Assembly (NCBI GenBank): GCA_044222185.1
Contig: JBGANV010000001.1
Location: 352,001-416,000, forward strand
DNA: 64,000 bases
Reading direction: 5' to 3'
Origin: Planctomycetota bacterium
Lineage (GTDB): Bacteria > Planctomycetota > GCA-002687715 > CAIWVZ01
Shown here: piece after piece, positions 52,657 to 61,635 of the stretch
How positions within the stretch are numbered: position 1 is the first letter of the stretch
How the letters are laid out: every line of letters starts with the position of its first letter
Made by a program: the position numbers and the translations under genes
Notes under the pieces: generated by a model
Database searches by the model: none
What the model was told of the DNA's origin: nothing
Seen by the model: only the letters and a program-made list of their open reading frames with translations

Positions 52657-54321
52657 ATGAAACTCGGTCGAGAGAGTTGGCTGCTGGGCGTCGTCCCCGC
52701 AGTCGTTCTCATTGGGGTCATGCTGACCTGGAGTGGGGACGGTCCGCGTCGAGAGGCGAGCGGCGTCATCACGTTCCAGGCGACGACGGACGGTTCGCTT
52801 CGCACGAGCCAGGAGGTCGAACGCGCCGCCGCTGCTTCTGCGCCGCACGATCCGGCGTCCAGCGACGCTGCAGCTGATCCGACCGCGGTCGTCGGACGCG
52901 ACGAACCCGGCGCAGACCGCGCGGACGGCGACGGCATGGTGGTCGGGCCCGAGCTCCCACTCGGTTCGACGTGGACGCGTGTGCTCCGCAACCGCAACGG
53001 CGAGCCCATCAGCGGGGCGACGATCGAGGTGACGATCCATCGCAATCTCAAACTCGGGGACGACGTTCCCGTCGACGCGCCGGGAATGGAGACCCACGTC
53101 ACGCTGAAGACCGGGCCGGACGGGCTGATCTCCCTCGTGCGCATCCCGGGCTACGTGTACACGATCAAGGTGCGTGCAGACGGGTATGGCACGGAGGCGT
53201 TCCCGGTCATCGACGATCGCGAAGACAGCCTCATCCTCGATGCGGCGGCCGTGGTGATGGGGCAGGTTCGCCGACGTGGCTCGGGCGAGATCGTGAGCGG
53301 CGCCTCCGTGACTTTCGACAACGGCACGGAGCGATTCACGCTCACGACCGACAGCGAGGGGCGGTTCCGGATCGACGGCGCCAACGCACGCCGGGCGCAG
53401 ATGTTCGTCTCCGGGAACGACTTCATGGCGATGATGCGCTCGCTCGAGAATCTCCGGGCCGGTGCGGCCAATCCCGTGGAATTCCTCGTGGATGCGGGCT
53501 CGCTGCTCGAAGGCGAGGTCGTCGATGCGACGACGCAGGAGCCGCTGGCGAACGCAGCGATCCTCGTGATGGATCGGTGGACGAAGACGACCGTGTCGAT
53601 CGGCGTCAGTGACGGCCAGGGCCGATTCAGCTTCGCATCCCTCAACGCTGCGCACGACTACTCGATCCTCGCGATGCGCGGCGGGTACTTCGGCAACAGC
53701 CTGGCGCGAGTGGGGCTGTCTTCGCGGCGGACCCACGTCCGGCTGCAGATGGCGCATTCGTGGGCGCTCGGTGTCCAGGTCGGAGATGCTGGCGGTGCGC
53801 CGATCGCAGGCGCTCTCGTCCGGCTCTCGCGGACCGACCAGCTTCCCATCGATGGTGCCTCGAAGACCCGCGACGTCTTCACGGGTGAGAACGGACTGGC
53901 ATCGTTCGGAAACCTCGCGCGCGAGCTCCGGTACAAGGTCACGATCCTGCGCGACGGCTTCGGTGCGGTGGAGCTGTCGCCGATCGACTCCGGTGGCAAC
54001 GATCAGCGCGTGATCAGTGCCGGGCTCGTTCCGACGACTCTCATCTCCGGTCGCGTCGTGGACGATCTCGGCGCGCCGATTCCCTATGCCACGGTTCGCG
54101 CGACGCGCACCGACGGGGTCAGCGCGCCGGCGCTGTTCGTCATCGCCGACGACGATGGCTACTTCTCGTTCACGCAGGTCGCATCGGGCGGAGTGCTGCT
54201 CGTCGCGTTCAAGGGCGGGTTCGACAACGCGCGACTGCCGGTCGCACTGACCGAGGGGAACGACGCGGTCGACCTGACTCTCACGATGCACACGCTCGGC
54301 ACCTCGCCCGTGGGCAAGTGA
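52657..54321 (+). CDS. Membrane-anchored protein with carboxypeptidase-regulatory-like (transthyretin-like) repeats
   Basis: N-terminal TM; about five repeats of G.V.D..G.PI.GA.V...TD..G.F. Confidence 0.8.
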   Translation: MKLGRESWLLGVVPAVVLIGVMLTWSGDGPRREASGVITFQATTDGSLRTSQEVERAAAASAPHDPASSDAAADPTAVVGRDEPGADRADGDGMVVGPELPLGSTWTRVLRNRNGEPISGATIEVTIHRNLKLGDDVPVDAPGMETHVTLKTGPDGLISLVRIPGYVYTIKVRADGYGTEAFPVIDDREDSLILDAAAVVMGQVRRRGSGEIVSGASVTFDNGTERFTLTTDSEGRFRIDGANARRAQMFVSGNDFMAMMRSLENLRAGAANPVEFLVDAGSLLEGEVVDATTQEPLANAAILVMDRWTKTTVSIGVSDGQGRFSFASLNAAHDYSILAMRGGYFGNSLARVGLSSRRTHVRLQMAHSWALGVQVGDAGGAPIAGALVRLSRTDQLPIDGASKTRDVFTGENGLASFGNLARELRYKVTILRDGFGAVELSPIDSGGNDQRVISAGLVPTTLISGRVVDDLGAPIPYATVRATRTDGVSAPALFVIADDDGYFSFTQVASGGVLLVAFKGGFDNARLPVALTEGNDAVDLTLTMHTLGTSPVGK

Positions 54322-54387
54322 AGCGCGCCTTTCCGGGGCGTTACCTCCTGGATTGTGGCCCGTCCTTCGTGACAATCGGCACCATCC

Positions 54388-55179
54388 ATGCAATTCCTCC
54401 TCGCCCTTGGTGTGATCCTCGCCTGCCTTCCCCAGGACTCGAAACCCGAAACCCGTCCGGATGATCCCGCGGAAGCGTTGCTGACGAAGATCGACGGTCG
54501 CCTCTACCTTGCGGAGCAACGGGGGCTGAAATCGGTCGCCTTCACCTACAACGTGCCGATGACTGGCGTGATGACGAACCTCGGATCGGTTCGCATTCGC
54601 GTCTCGTGGCGGGCAGGCGAGAAGCCCGCCGTCGGCTTCGTGGACGAGAAGGACGCCCCGATCGGCGAAGACAAGCTTCCAGAATTCCTCCGCAAGCCGG
54701 CGTCCCGTGAAGGCCAGCGGACCCTTCGGCAGGAGTACGAGCTCGGGGCCATCGGCCTCCTCGACCTCTTTCGTGGCCAGCCCTACGGGGTCCAGTTTCG
54801 CAAGTGGCGCAAGACGGTGGAGACGCGCGAGGTCAATGGCCGCCAGGACCAGATGCTGGTCTTCGAGCCGGTCGCATCCGATTTCTTCCGCCGCGTCGAG
54901 ATGATGCTCGATCGCAGGTCGCTTCCGTGGAAGATCACGACGTTCCTTCGCGACCGGCCGGGCGCCAGCATCGTCAACGAGCCGGTGTTCGAGGAGTTCG
55001 ACGGCCAACTCGTGCAGACGTCCTTCAAGAAGACCGTCGGCGGGTCGGTCGAGCAGTTCGTGATCCACTATCAGCGGATCGAAGGCATCGTCGTCCCAGC
55101 GAGCTACGAGCGAATGGAGCGGCAGCCAGAGGAGACGACGACCAAGATCGTGTTCGAGAACGTCAAGGTCAACGGTTGA
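54388..55179 (+). CDS. Exported hypothetical protein, possibly LolA-like beta fold
   Basis: Short signal peptide; beta-rich C-terminus ending TKIVFENVKVNG. Confidence 0.65.
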   Translation: MQFLLALGVILACLPQDSKPETRPDDPAEALLTKIDGRLYLAEQRGLKSVAFTYNVPMTGVMTNLGSVRIRVSWRAGEKPAVGFVDEKDAPIGEDKLPEFLRKPASREGQRTLRQEYELGAIGLLDLFRGQPYGVQFRKWRKTVETREVNGRQDQMLVFEPVASDFFRRVEMMLDRRSLPWKITTFLRDRPGASIVNEPVFEEFDGQLVQTSFKKTVGGSVEQFVIHYQRIEGIVVPASYERMERQPEETTTKIVFENVKVNG

Positions 55180-55192
55180 GGCTGGCGGGCGC

Positions 55193-57106
55193 TCAGCCCA
55201 GTTTGAGCTGTCGCTCGGCGTCGACCTCGTCGCGATTCAGCTGCGCGAGGGCTGTCATCAGCCGTTCCGAGAGCTCTTTGTACTCGCCGACGGCGTGCGC
55301 GAACTGGCGAAGAACCTGCACGGCCATGCGGAGGTTGCGAACGATGTCGCCCTCCTGACACGACGTGAAGTTGCGAAGGTCGTCGAATCGGCAGCCGCCC
55401 ATCCAGGCCTGTACCGCGGCCGACAGACCGAAATCGGGCACCTTCTGGCTCTCATCGAGACCGAATGCGCGTTCCGTCTTCAGGAACTCGATGATCCGTT
55501 TGGTCGCCCGGTTCTTCAGGGGCGTGATCGCGGCGGATTCGAAGCGCTCGTGCAGATCGCCCCGGCGCGCCTCGAACACGATCGCGACGACGAGGATCGC
55601 CGTCTCGACCGGTCCCAGATTCTCGAAACAGCCCGCCCAGAACAGCTCGGCGATCTGGATTTCGTAGGCATTCAGCTTCGACGCAAGCCGTCCCTTCGGC
55701 GTGAGCACCCCGTCCTGGATGTACCCGCGCTTCTCGAGGACGTCGAGCCGCGCCCGGAGCATGGCTCGCTCCTTCTTCGCCCCACCGCCGCGTTGGAACG
55801 CAGCGAAGGACCGGTCGACGGCACTGAAGATGTTGGAGCCCATGCGCCCCCAGAGTGCGAGCGTCGCCGAGTAGGACAGGTTGAACTTGCTGCGGATCGG
55901 TTCGATGGGACTGAAGATGACCTTCTTGATCCCGCCGGGCGTGTCGTAGTCGGCATCGATCACGGAGTAGACGAGTCCCTCCGTGTCCATTCCCTGACGG
56001 CCGGCGCGGCCCGCCATCTGGTAGTAGTTGAGCGTCGGCAGGTAGTCGAAGGTCACGCCATCGAACTTGCGGAGTGAGGAGAACACGACGACCCTCGCCG
56101 GCATGTTGACCCCGAGCGCGAACGTCTCGGTGGTGAACAGCAGCTTGATGAGGCCCGACGTGAACAGGCGCTCGACGATCTCCTTGTAGATCGGCAGCAT
56201 GCCGGCGTGGTGATAGAGCACCCCGCGGGACGCGAGCTGACGCAACTCGGCGAACCCGCGCTGCTTCGTCGTCTCGTATCGGGTGCCGAGCTCGTCGAAC
56301 TGCCGCGTGATCTGGTCGCTCTCCGATGTGCTGAGGAGACCGCGCCGCTGGTTCGCACGCGCTCGCGCCTCGCACTCGCGGCGCGAGAAGCAGAAGTAGA
56401 GGCATGGCAGCTTCTTCTCCTCCTGGAGCATGTCCAGGATGTCGCCGCGCCGCGCGCGGCGATCGCGCTTCTTCTGCTTCGCGTGGGGGATTTCGCGCTT
56501 GAGCTCGCTGATGCGGCACGGACCGACCTCGGGGACGAACACGCAGTGCCGCAGGGGGACCGGGCGCTCGTCCGTCTTCACGAGCTCGACGGGGTGGTTG
56601 CACACCTTCTCGATCCAGGCCCGGAACTCCTCCAGGTTGCTGATGGTGGCACTGAGGCCCACGAACCGGATGCCCTCCGGCGCGAAGATGATCGATTCCT
56701 CCCACACGGTGCCCCGGTCGTCGTCACCGATGTAGTGGATCTCGTCCATGATGACGAGTTCGATCCCGCGGAGGCGCTCGATGTCCTCGAACATCGTGTT
56801 GCGGAAGATCTCCGTCGTCATGATGAGGACGGGTGCCTCACCGTTCATCGTGACGTCGCCGGTCATGAGACCGATCTTGTCTCCGTACGCCTGGCGAAAA
56901 TCCCTGAACTTCTGGTTGGAGAGCGCCTTGATCGGCGACGTGTAGACGACGCGCACGCCGCGCTCGATGCAGCGCTCGATCGCGTACTCGGCGATCAGGG
57001 TCTTCCCGGCGCCCGTGGGTGCCGAGACGATGACGGAACTTCCGGCGTCGATGGCCTGGATCGCCGCAGCTTGGAAGGGGTAGAGCTCGAAGCCGCGGTA
57101 TTTCAT
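55193..57106 (-). CDS. Ski2/HelY-like DEAD/DEAH-box RNA helicase
   Basis: APTGAGKT, PIKALSNQK, DEIH, LSAT, HHAG, TETFALGVNMPA, QMAGRAGR. Confidence 0.92.
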   Translation of the reverse strand: MKYRGFELYPFQAAAIQAIDAGSSVIVSAPTGAGKTLIAEYAIERCIERGVRVVYTSPIKALSNQKFRDFRQAYGDKIGLMTGDVTMNGEAPVLIMTTEIFRNTMFEDIERLRGIELVIMDEIHYIGDDDRGTVWEESIIFAPEGIRFVGLSATISNLEEFRAWIEKVCNHPVELVKTDERPVPLRHCVFVPEVGPCRISELKREIPHAKQKKRDRRARRGDILDMLQEEKKLPCLYFCFSRRECEARARANQRRGLLSTSESDQITRQFDELGTRYETTKQRGFAELRQLASRGVLYHHAGMLPIYKEIVERLFTSGLIKLLFTTETFALGVNMPARVVVFSSLRKFDGVTFDYLPTLNYYQMAGRAGRQGMDTEGLVYSVIDADYDTPGGIKKVIFSPIEPIRSKFNLSYSATLALWGRMGSNIFSAVDRSFAAFQRGGGAKKERAMLRARLDVLEKRGYIQDGVLTPKGRLASKLNAYEIQIAELFWAGCFENLGPVETAILVVAIVFEARRGDLHERFESAAITPLKNRATKRIIEFLKTERAFGLDESQKVPDFGLSAAVQAWMGGCRFDDLRNFTSCQEGDIVRNLRMAVQVLRQFAHAVGEYKELSERLMTALAQLNRDEVDAERQLKLG

Positions 57107-57259
57107 CCGATGACGGGTCAGCGTGCGAGGAACGGTTCGCCGGCGGGGAGGTTACCAGCTCGCAGGGATGCGCCAAACGCGAACGGCTTGCCGCGGGACG
57201 CAACCACCGATACTCTCCGCGCTGGATTGCGCCAGTCACGAACGAGGTGAACCAGAGTC

Positions 57260-58015
57260 ATGTCGGGTCACAACAAGTGGGCAGGGATCAAGCATCGCAA
57301 AGCGGCCGTCGACAAGAAGAAGGGCGCCGCCTTCTCGAAGGCCGCCAAGGCCATCATCTCCGCCGTCAAGCAGGGCGGACCTGATCCGGAAGCCAACATC
57401 AAGTTGAAGTACGCCATCGAGACCGCTCGCGAGGTGAACATGCCCCGCGACAACATCGAACGGGCGATCAAGCGCGGTGCGGGCGACGGCGAGGGCGACC
57501 ATTACGAGGACCTGGTGTACGAGGGATACGGTCCGGGCAAGGTCGCCGTGTACATCGAGGTTCTCACCGACAACCGCCATCGGACCGCGCCGGAGATGCG
57601 CAAGCTCTTCGATCGGTTCGGCGGCTCGTTGGGGGACAGCGGGTCGGTGCTCTACATGTTCACCCAGCGTGCGGTGATCCGCCTGCCGGCCGCCGGCATG
57701 AACGAGGACCGCGCGATGGAGGTCGCGCTCGATGCGGGCGCGGAGAACTACGAGCTCGAGGGCGACACCTGGGTGCTGACGGCACCTCCGGCCCAGTTTG
57801 CGGGAATGCGGCAGGCGCTCGAGAAGGCGAAGATCACGCCGGCGTCTTCCGCGATCATGATGGTTCCCAACATGAACACGACGCTGAAGGACGTGGACAC
57901 GGCCCAGCGATTCGTCAAGTTCCTGGACGCGCTCGAGGAGAACGATGACGTCCAGAACGTCTATTCGACGGTGCTGATCCCGGACGAGATCGGGGAGAAG
58001 CTCGAGGACACGTAG
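57260..58015 (+). CDS. YebC/PmpR family protein
   Basis: MSGHNKWAGIKHRK, YEGYGPG, TDNRHRT, DDVQNVY; upstream TTGCCG-17-TACTCT at 57188-57216. Confidence 0.95.
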   Translation: MSGHNKWAGIKHRKAAVDKKKGAAFSKAAKAIISAVKQGGPDPEANIKLKYAIETAREVNMPRDNIERAIKRGAGDGEGDHYEDLVYEGYGPGKVAVYIEVLTDNRHRTAPEMRKLFDRFGGSLGDSGSVLYMFTQRAVIRLPAAGMNEDRAMEVALDAGAENYELEGDTWVLTAPPAQFAGMRQALEKAKITPASSAIMMVPNMNTTLKDVDTAQRFVKFLDALEENDDVQNVYSTVLIPDEIGEKLEDT

Positions 58016-58041
58016 CGACGTGGCGGCGTGGCGGCCGCCCG

Positions 58042-58752
58042 TCAGCTCTTCGGCGGAACGGCCTTCGGCTTGCCCGCATCTTTCTGGCGCGTCGCCTTCT
58101 TCTCGTCGACGAGGCGCTCGACCTCGCGCTTGAAGTCCGTGTTCTCGATGCCGAAGAACTTCCACGAGGACTCGAACTCGACGCGGTAGATGTCGTCGAC
58201 GCGGAGCTTGGGCTGGGCGGCGAGGGCTTCCTCGATCGCCAGCGACATCATGAGCTTCGAGTCGGCGATGCGGACGCCGTCCGCCGGGACTTTCATCGAG
58301 CCGTACACCTCGGGGATCGTCCGGTATCGGAAGTACACGTTGTAGACCGTCTCCCGTACGAGGTTGACCTTGGCCTTCTGTGCGCCTGACTTCAGATCGA
58401 GCGTCGCCTCGTTCGGCCCGTTGTAGCTGACACGCTCGATCGAGACGCTCTCCAGGTCCCCGATCCGTTCGCGGAGGAAGCGTTTCACGTCGCTGCGGAC
58501 GAAGAAGTAGTCTTCGCGCGTGATCTTCTTCTCCTCGACGAGCTTCTCGGACAGGCAGCGGAACTCTTCGTGCGCGTAGGCGTCGTCCTTCTCCCCGCGG
58601 ATGACGGCTTCCCGGAGGTACTCGAAAGCGTTTTCCGGCGTCGCGAAGTCCTTTCCCGGGAGCGTGCCCTGGGGCGGGCATGTCGGGCAGGTGCAGCCCC
58701 ATGCGAGGAACGGCAGGAGGAATGGCGCGACGCGGGTGGCGGTGAATCGCAT
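58042..58752 (-). CDS. Hypothetical lipoprotein
   Basis: MRFTATRVAPFLLPFLAWG|CTCPTC lipobox; real start lies inside the 639-aa shadow ORF. Confidence 0.7.
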   Translation of the reverse strand: MRFTATRVAPFLLPFLAWGCTCPTCPPQGTLPGKDFATPENAFEYLREAVIRGEKDDAYAHEEFRCLSEKLVEEKKITREDYFFVRSDVKRFLRERIGDLESVSIERVSYNGPNEATLDLKSGAQKAKVNLVRETVYNVYFRYRTIPEVYGSMKVPADGVRIADSKLMMSLAIEEALAAQPKLRVDDIYRVEFESSWKFFGIENTDFKREVERLVDEKKATRQKDAGKPKAVPPKS

Positions 58753-58881
58753 GGATCGGCTCTCAGCGGGGCGGGAGGTTACCACGGACGGACGATCGTC
58801 GTCCATTCTCGTGAACGCGCGGATCGGATTGCCGAATCGGAACGCAAACGGCATGATGCGGCGCCCAACGCCGGGCCGAAC

Positions 58882-60585
58882 ATGAACCAACCCCCCACAG
58901 CTGGAACCCGCGGTCGAATCGGCGAGATCCTCCAGAAGGCCGGCGTCGTGACGCCCGAACAGCTCGAGGACGCGCTTCGCTATCAGAAGGAGACGGGGCT
59001 CAAGCTGGGCGAATGCCTGACGCGCCTCGGTCACGTTCGCGGAGACGACGTCGCCCGGGCGCTGGCGCGCCAGGCCGGCCTCCCGTTCGTCGACGTGCGC
59101 AAGGGAATCATTCCGCCCAACGTGCTGGAAGCGATCCCGCGCGACATCGCCACGCAGAACAACATCCTCCCGGTGAAGGTCGAGGGGAACACGGTGATCG
59201 TCGCCGTCACCGATCCTCTCGCGGTCTTCAACCTGGAGCACATCCGCTTCATGCTGGGACTCGAGTTCAAGTGCGCCCTCACAACCGAGGACGCAATGCT
59301 CGAGGCGTTCAAGCGCTACTACAACGTCGACAAGCGCGAGGCGAAGACGGTCGGCGAGGTCGCCCGGCGCCCGGCCCAGAAAGAGGATGACGACGCTCCG
59401 ATCATCCGCCTCGTCCAGCAATGCTTCGAGGACGCCGTGCGCGCGCGGGCATCGGACATCCACGTCGAGCCCATGGCCGACCGGATCCGGATCCGGTTTC
59501 GTGTCGACGGCGTCCTGAAGACCGTGGCCGACTACCCCAAACACCTCCAGGGTGCGATCACGTCGCGCATCAAGGTCATCGGCGAGATGGACATCGCCGA
59601 GAAGCGCAAGCCGCAGGACGGGCGCATCATGCTGAAGGCGCTCGCGAAGGAGATCGACGTCCGCGTGTCGCTCCTTCCCGGGACGCACGGTGAGAGCATC
59701 GTCATGCGCCTCCTCGACAAGTCCGTCGGTCTCGTCAGCCTCGAGCGGCTCGGCCTCGGGGGAGACGACGCCAAGCGCTTCCGCAAGATCATCAAGCGCC
59801 CGAACGGGATCTTCCTCGTCACCGGCCCGACGGGATCGGGAAAGACGACGTCGCTGTATGCGGCGCTCCAGGAGCTGAACAAGCCCAGCGTCAAGATCAT
59901 CACGGCGGAAAACCCGGTCGAGTACCACTTGGCGGGAATCAACCAGTGCCAGGTGCGGCACAACATCGGTCTAGACTTCGTGCGCATCCTTCGCGCCATG
60001 TTGCGCCAGGCTCCGAACATCATCCTCGTCGGTGAAATTCGCGACCGCGAGACGGCGTCCATCGCGATCCAGGCAGCGCTCACCGGTCACCTCGTGTTCT
60101 CGACCTTGCACACCAACGATGCTCCGTCGGCGTTGACGCGACTCATCGACATGGGCGTGGCGCCATTCCTGGTGTCGTCCGCCGTATGTGCGGTCCTCGC
60201 TCAGCGACTGCTCCGCCAGCTCTGCCCGCGCTGCAAGACGCCGTACAACCCCGATCCGCAGGAGCTGGCCGACGCGGGCCTCTCCGTGGCGTCGATCACG
60301 GGCAAGACTCTCTACCGCGCCAAGGGCTGCGATGATTGCGGCGGCTCGGGGTACCGGGGCCGATTCGGCGTATTCGAGTGTTTCGAAATGGTGCCGGAGC
60401 TGCGGGAGGCCGTCTTCCGCAAGGAACCCACCTACAGATTGCGCGAGCTGGCGAGGACGTCGGGCGGCATGGCGTCGCTGCGCGAGGACGGGATCCGCAA
60501 GGCTCTCCTTGGGCAGACCTCCCTGGAAGAAGTCCTGCGCGTGCTTTCCAAGGAAAGCGTCGGAACGGAGAGCGTCGAAGCATGA
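58882..60585 (+). CDS. GspE/PilB family assembly ATPase with N-terminal MshEN domain
   Basis: RIGEILQKAG..., ASDIHVEP, PQDGR, GPTGSGKT, GEIRD, STLHTNDA, Cys4; upstream TTGCCG-17-CATGAT at 58829-58857. Confidence 0.92.
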   Translation: MNQPPTAGTRGRIGEILQKAGVVTPEQLEDALRYQKETGLKLGECLTRLGHVRGDDVARALARQAGLPFVDVRKGIIPPNVLEAIPRDIATQNNILPVKVEGNTVIVAVTDPLAVFNLEHIRFMLGLEFKCALTTEDAMLEAFKRYYNVDKREAKTVGEVARRPAQKEDDDAPIIRLVQQCFEDAVRARASDIHVEPMADRIRIRFRVDGVLKTVADYPKHLQGAITSRIKVIGEMDIAEKRKPQDGRIMLKALAKEIDVRVSLLPGTHGESIVMRLLDKSVGLVSLERLGLGGDDAKRFRKIIKRPNGIFLVTGPTGSGKTTSLYAALQELNKPSVKIITAENPVEYHLAGINQCQVRHNIGLDFVRILRAMLRQAPNIILVGEIRDRETASIAIQAALTGHLVFSTLHTNDAPSALTRLIDMGVAPFLVSSAVCAVLAQRLLRQLCPRCKTPYNPDPQELADAGLSVASITGKTLYRAKGCDDCGGSGYRGRFGVFECFEMVPELREAVFRKEPTYRLRELARTSGGMASLREDGIRKALLGQTSLEEVLRVLSKESVGTESVEA

Positions 60586-61634
60586 AGATCGACACGTTGA
60601 TGAAGAGCTGTATCGAGCACAACGCGAGCGACATCCACGTCTCGGTGGGACGCCGTCCGTGCCTTCGCGTCCACGGTTCGATCAGGGATCTGGACGCGGC
60701 CGTGATGACGCCCGAGCTCAGCGAGGCGCTGGTGAAGGAGATCGTGCCGCAGCGCCTGCTTCACGAGTTGGAGACGCTGGGCACGGCCGACTTCGGGTAT
60801 GCCTACGGCACGGTCGCGCGCTTTCGCTGCTCGGCGTTTCGCCAACGCGGTCACTACAGCCTGTCGTTGCGACTCATCCCGCGGACGATCCTCTCCTTCG
60901 AGCAGATCGGCCTGCCGGAGATCGTGAAGGACCTGCTTCATCGTCCCCGTGGTCTGATCCTCGTCACGGGCCCGACGGGCTCCGGCAAGACGACCACGCT
61001 CGCCACGATGATCAACGAGATCAATCAGACGCAGAGCTGCCACATCGTCACGATCGAAGATCCGGTCGAGTACTACCACGAACACAAGAAGTCGATCATC
61101 AACCAGCGTGAGATCGGACCGGACGTGACGACGTTCGCCGAAGCCATGCGCCGCGTCCTCCGGCAGGACCCGGACGTGATCCTCCTGGGGGAAATGCGCG
61201 ATCTCGAGACCATCTCGACGGCGATCACGGCGGCCGAGACCGGCCACCTCGTGTTCGGCACGCTGCACACGACGGGGTCGGCGCGAACGGTCGACCGTCT
61301 CATCGACGCGTTCCCGAAGGAACAGCAGGAGCAGATCCGCGCGCAGCTCGCCCTCTCCATCGTCGCCGTCATCAGCCAGGTGCTGGTGCCGCGTGCCGAT
61401 GGCCACGGCGTCGTCGCAGGTTTCGAGCTGATGCTCAACACCCCGGCGATCGAGAACTACATCCGCAAAGGCGAGACGTTCAAGATCACGAGCGACATCC
61501 AGACGGGGAAGAAGCGCGGCATGGTTCTTCTCGACGACCACCTGTTGCAGCTCGTCCGCGAGGGCAAGGTCAAGGCCGAGACGGCGCTCGAGTACGCACA
61601 GGATCCGAACGAACTCCGGATGAGGCTCGCCTGA
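60582..61634 (+). CDS. pilT: Type IV pilus retraction ATPase
   Basis: ASDIH, GPTGSGKTTTLA, TIEDPVEY, QREIG, LRQDPDVILLGEMRD, AAETGHLVFGTLHT, AIENYIR. Confidence 0.9.
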   Translation: MKIDTLMKSCIEHNASDIHVSVGRRPCLRVHGSIRDLDAAVMTPELSEALVKEIVPQRLLHELETLGTADFGYAYGTVARFRCSAFRQRGHYSLSLRLIPRTILSFEQIGLPEIVKDLLHRPRGLILVTGPTGSGKTTTLATMINEINQTQSCHIVTIEDPVEYYHEHKKSIINQREIGPDVTTFAEAMRRVLRQDPDVILLGEMRDLETISTAITAAETGHLVFGTLHTTGSARTVDRLIDAFPKEQQEQIRAQLALSIVAVISQVLVPRADGHGVVAGFELMLNTPAIENYIRKGETFKITSDIQTGKKRGMVLLDDHLLQLVREGKVKAETALEYAQDPNELRMRLA

Positions 61635-61635
61635 C

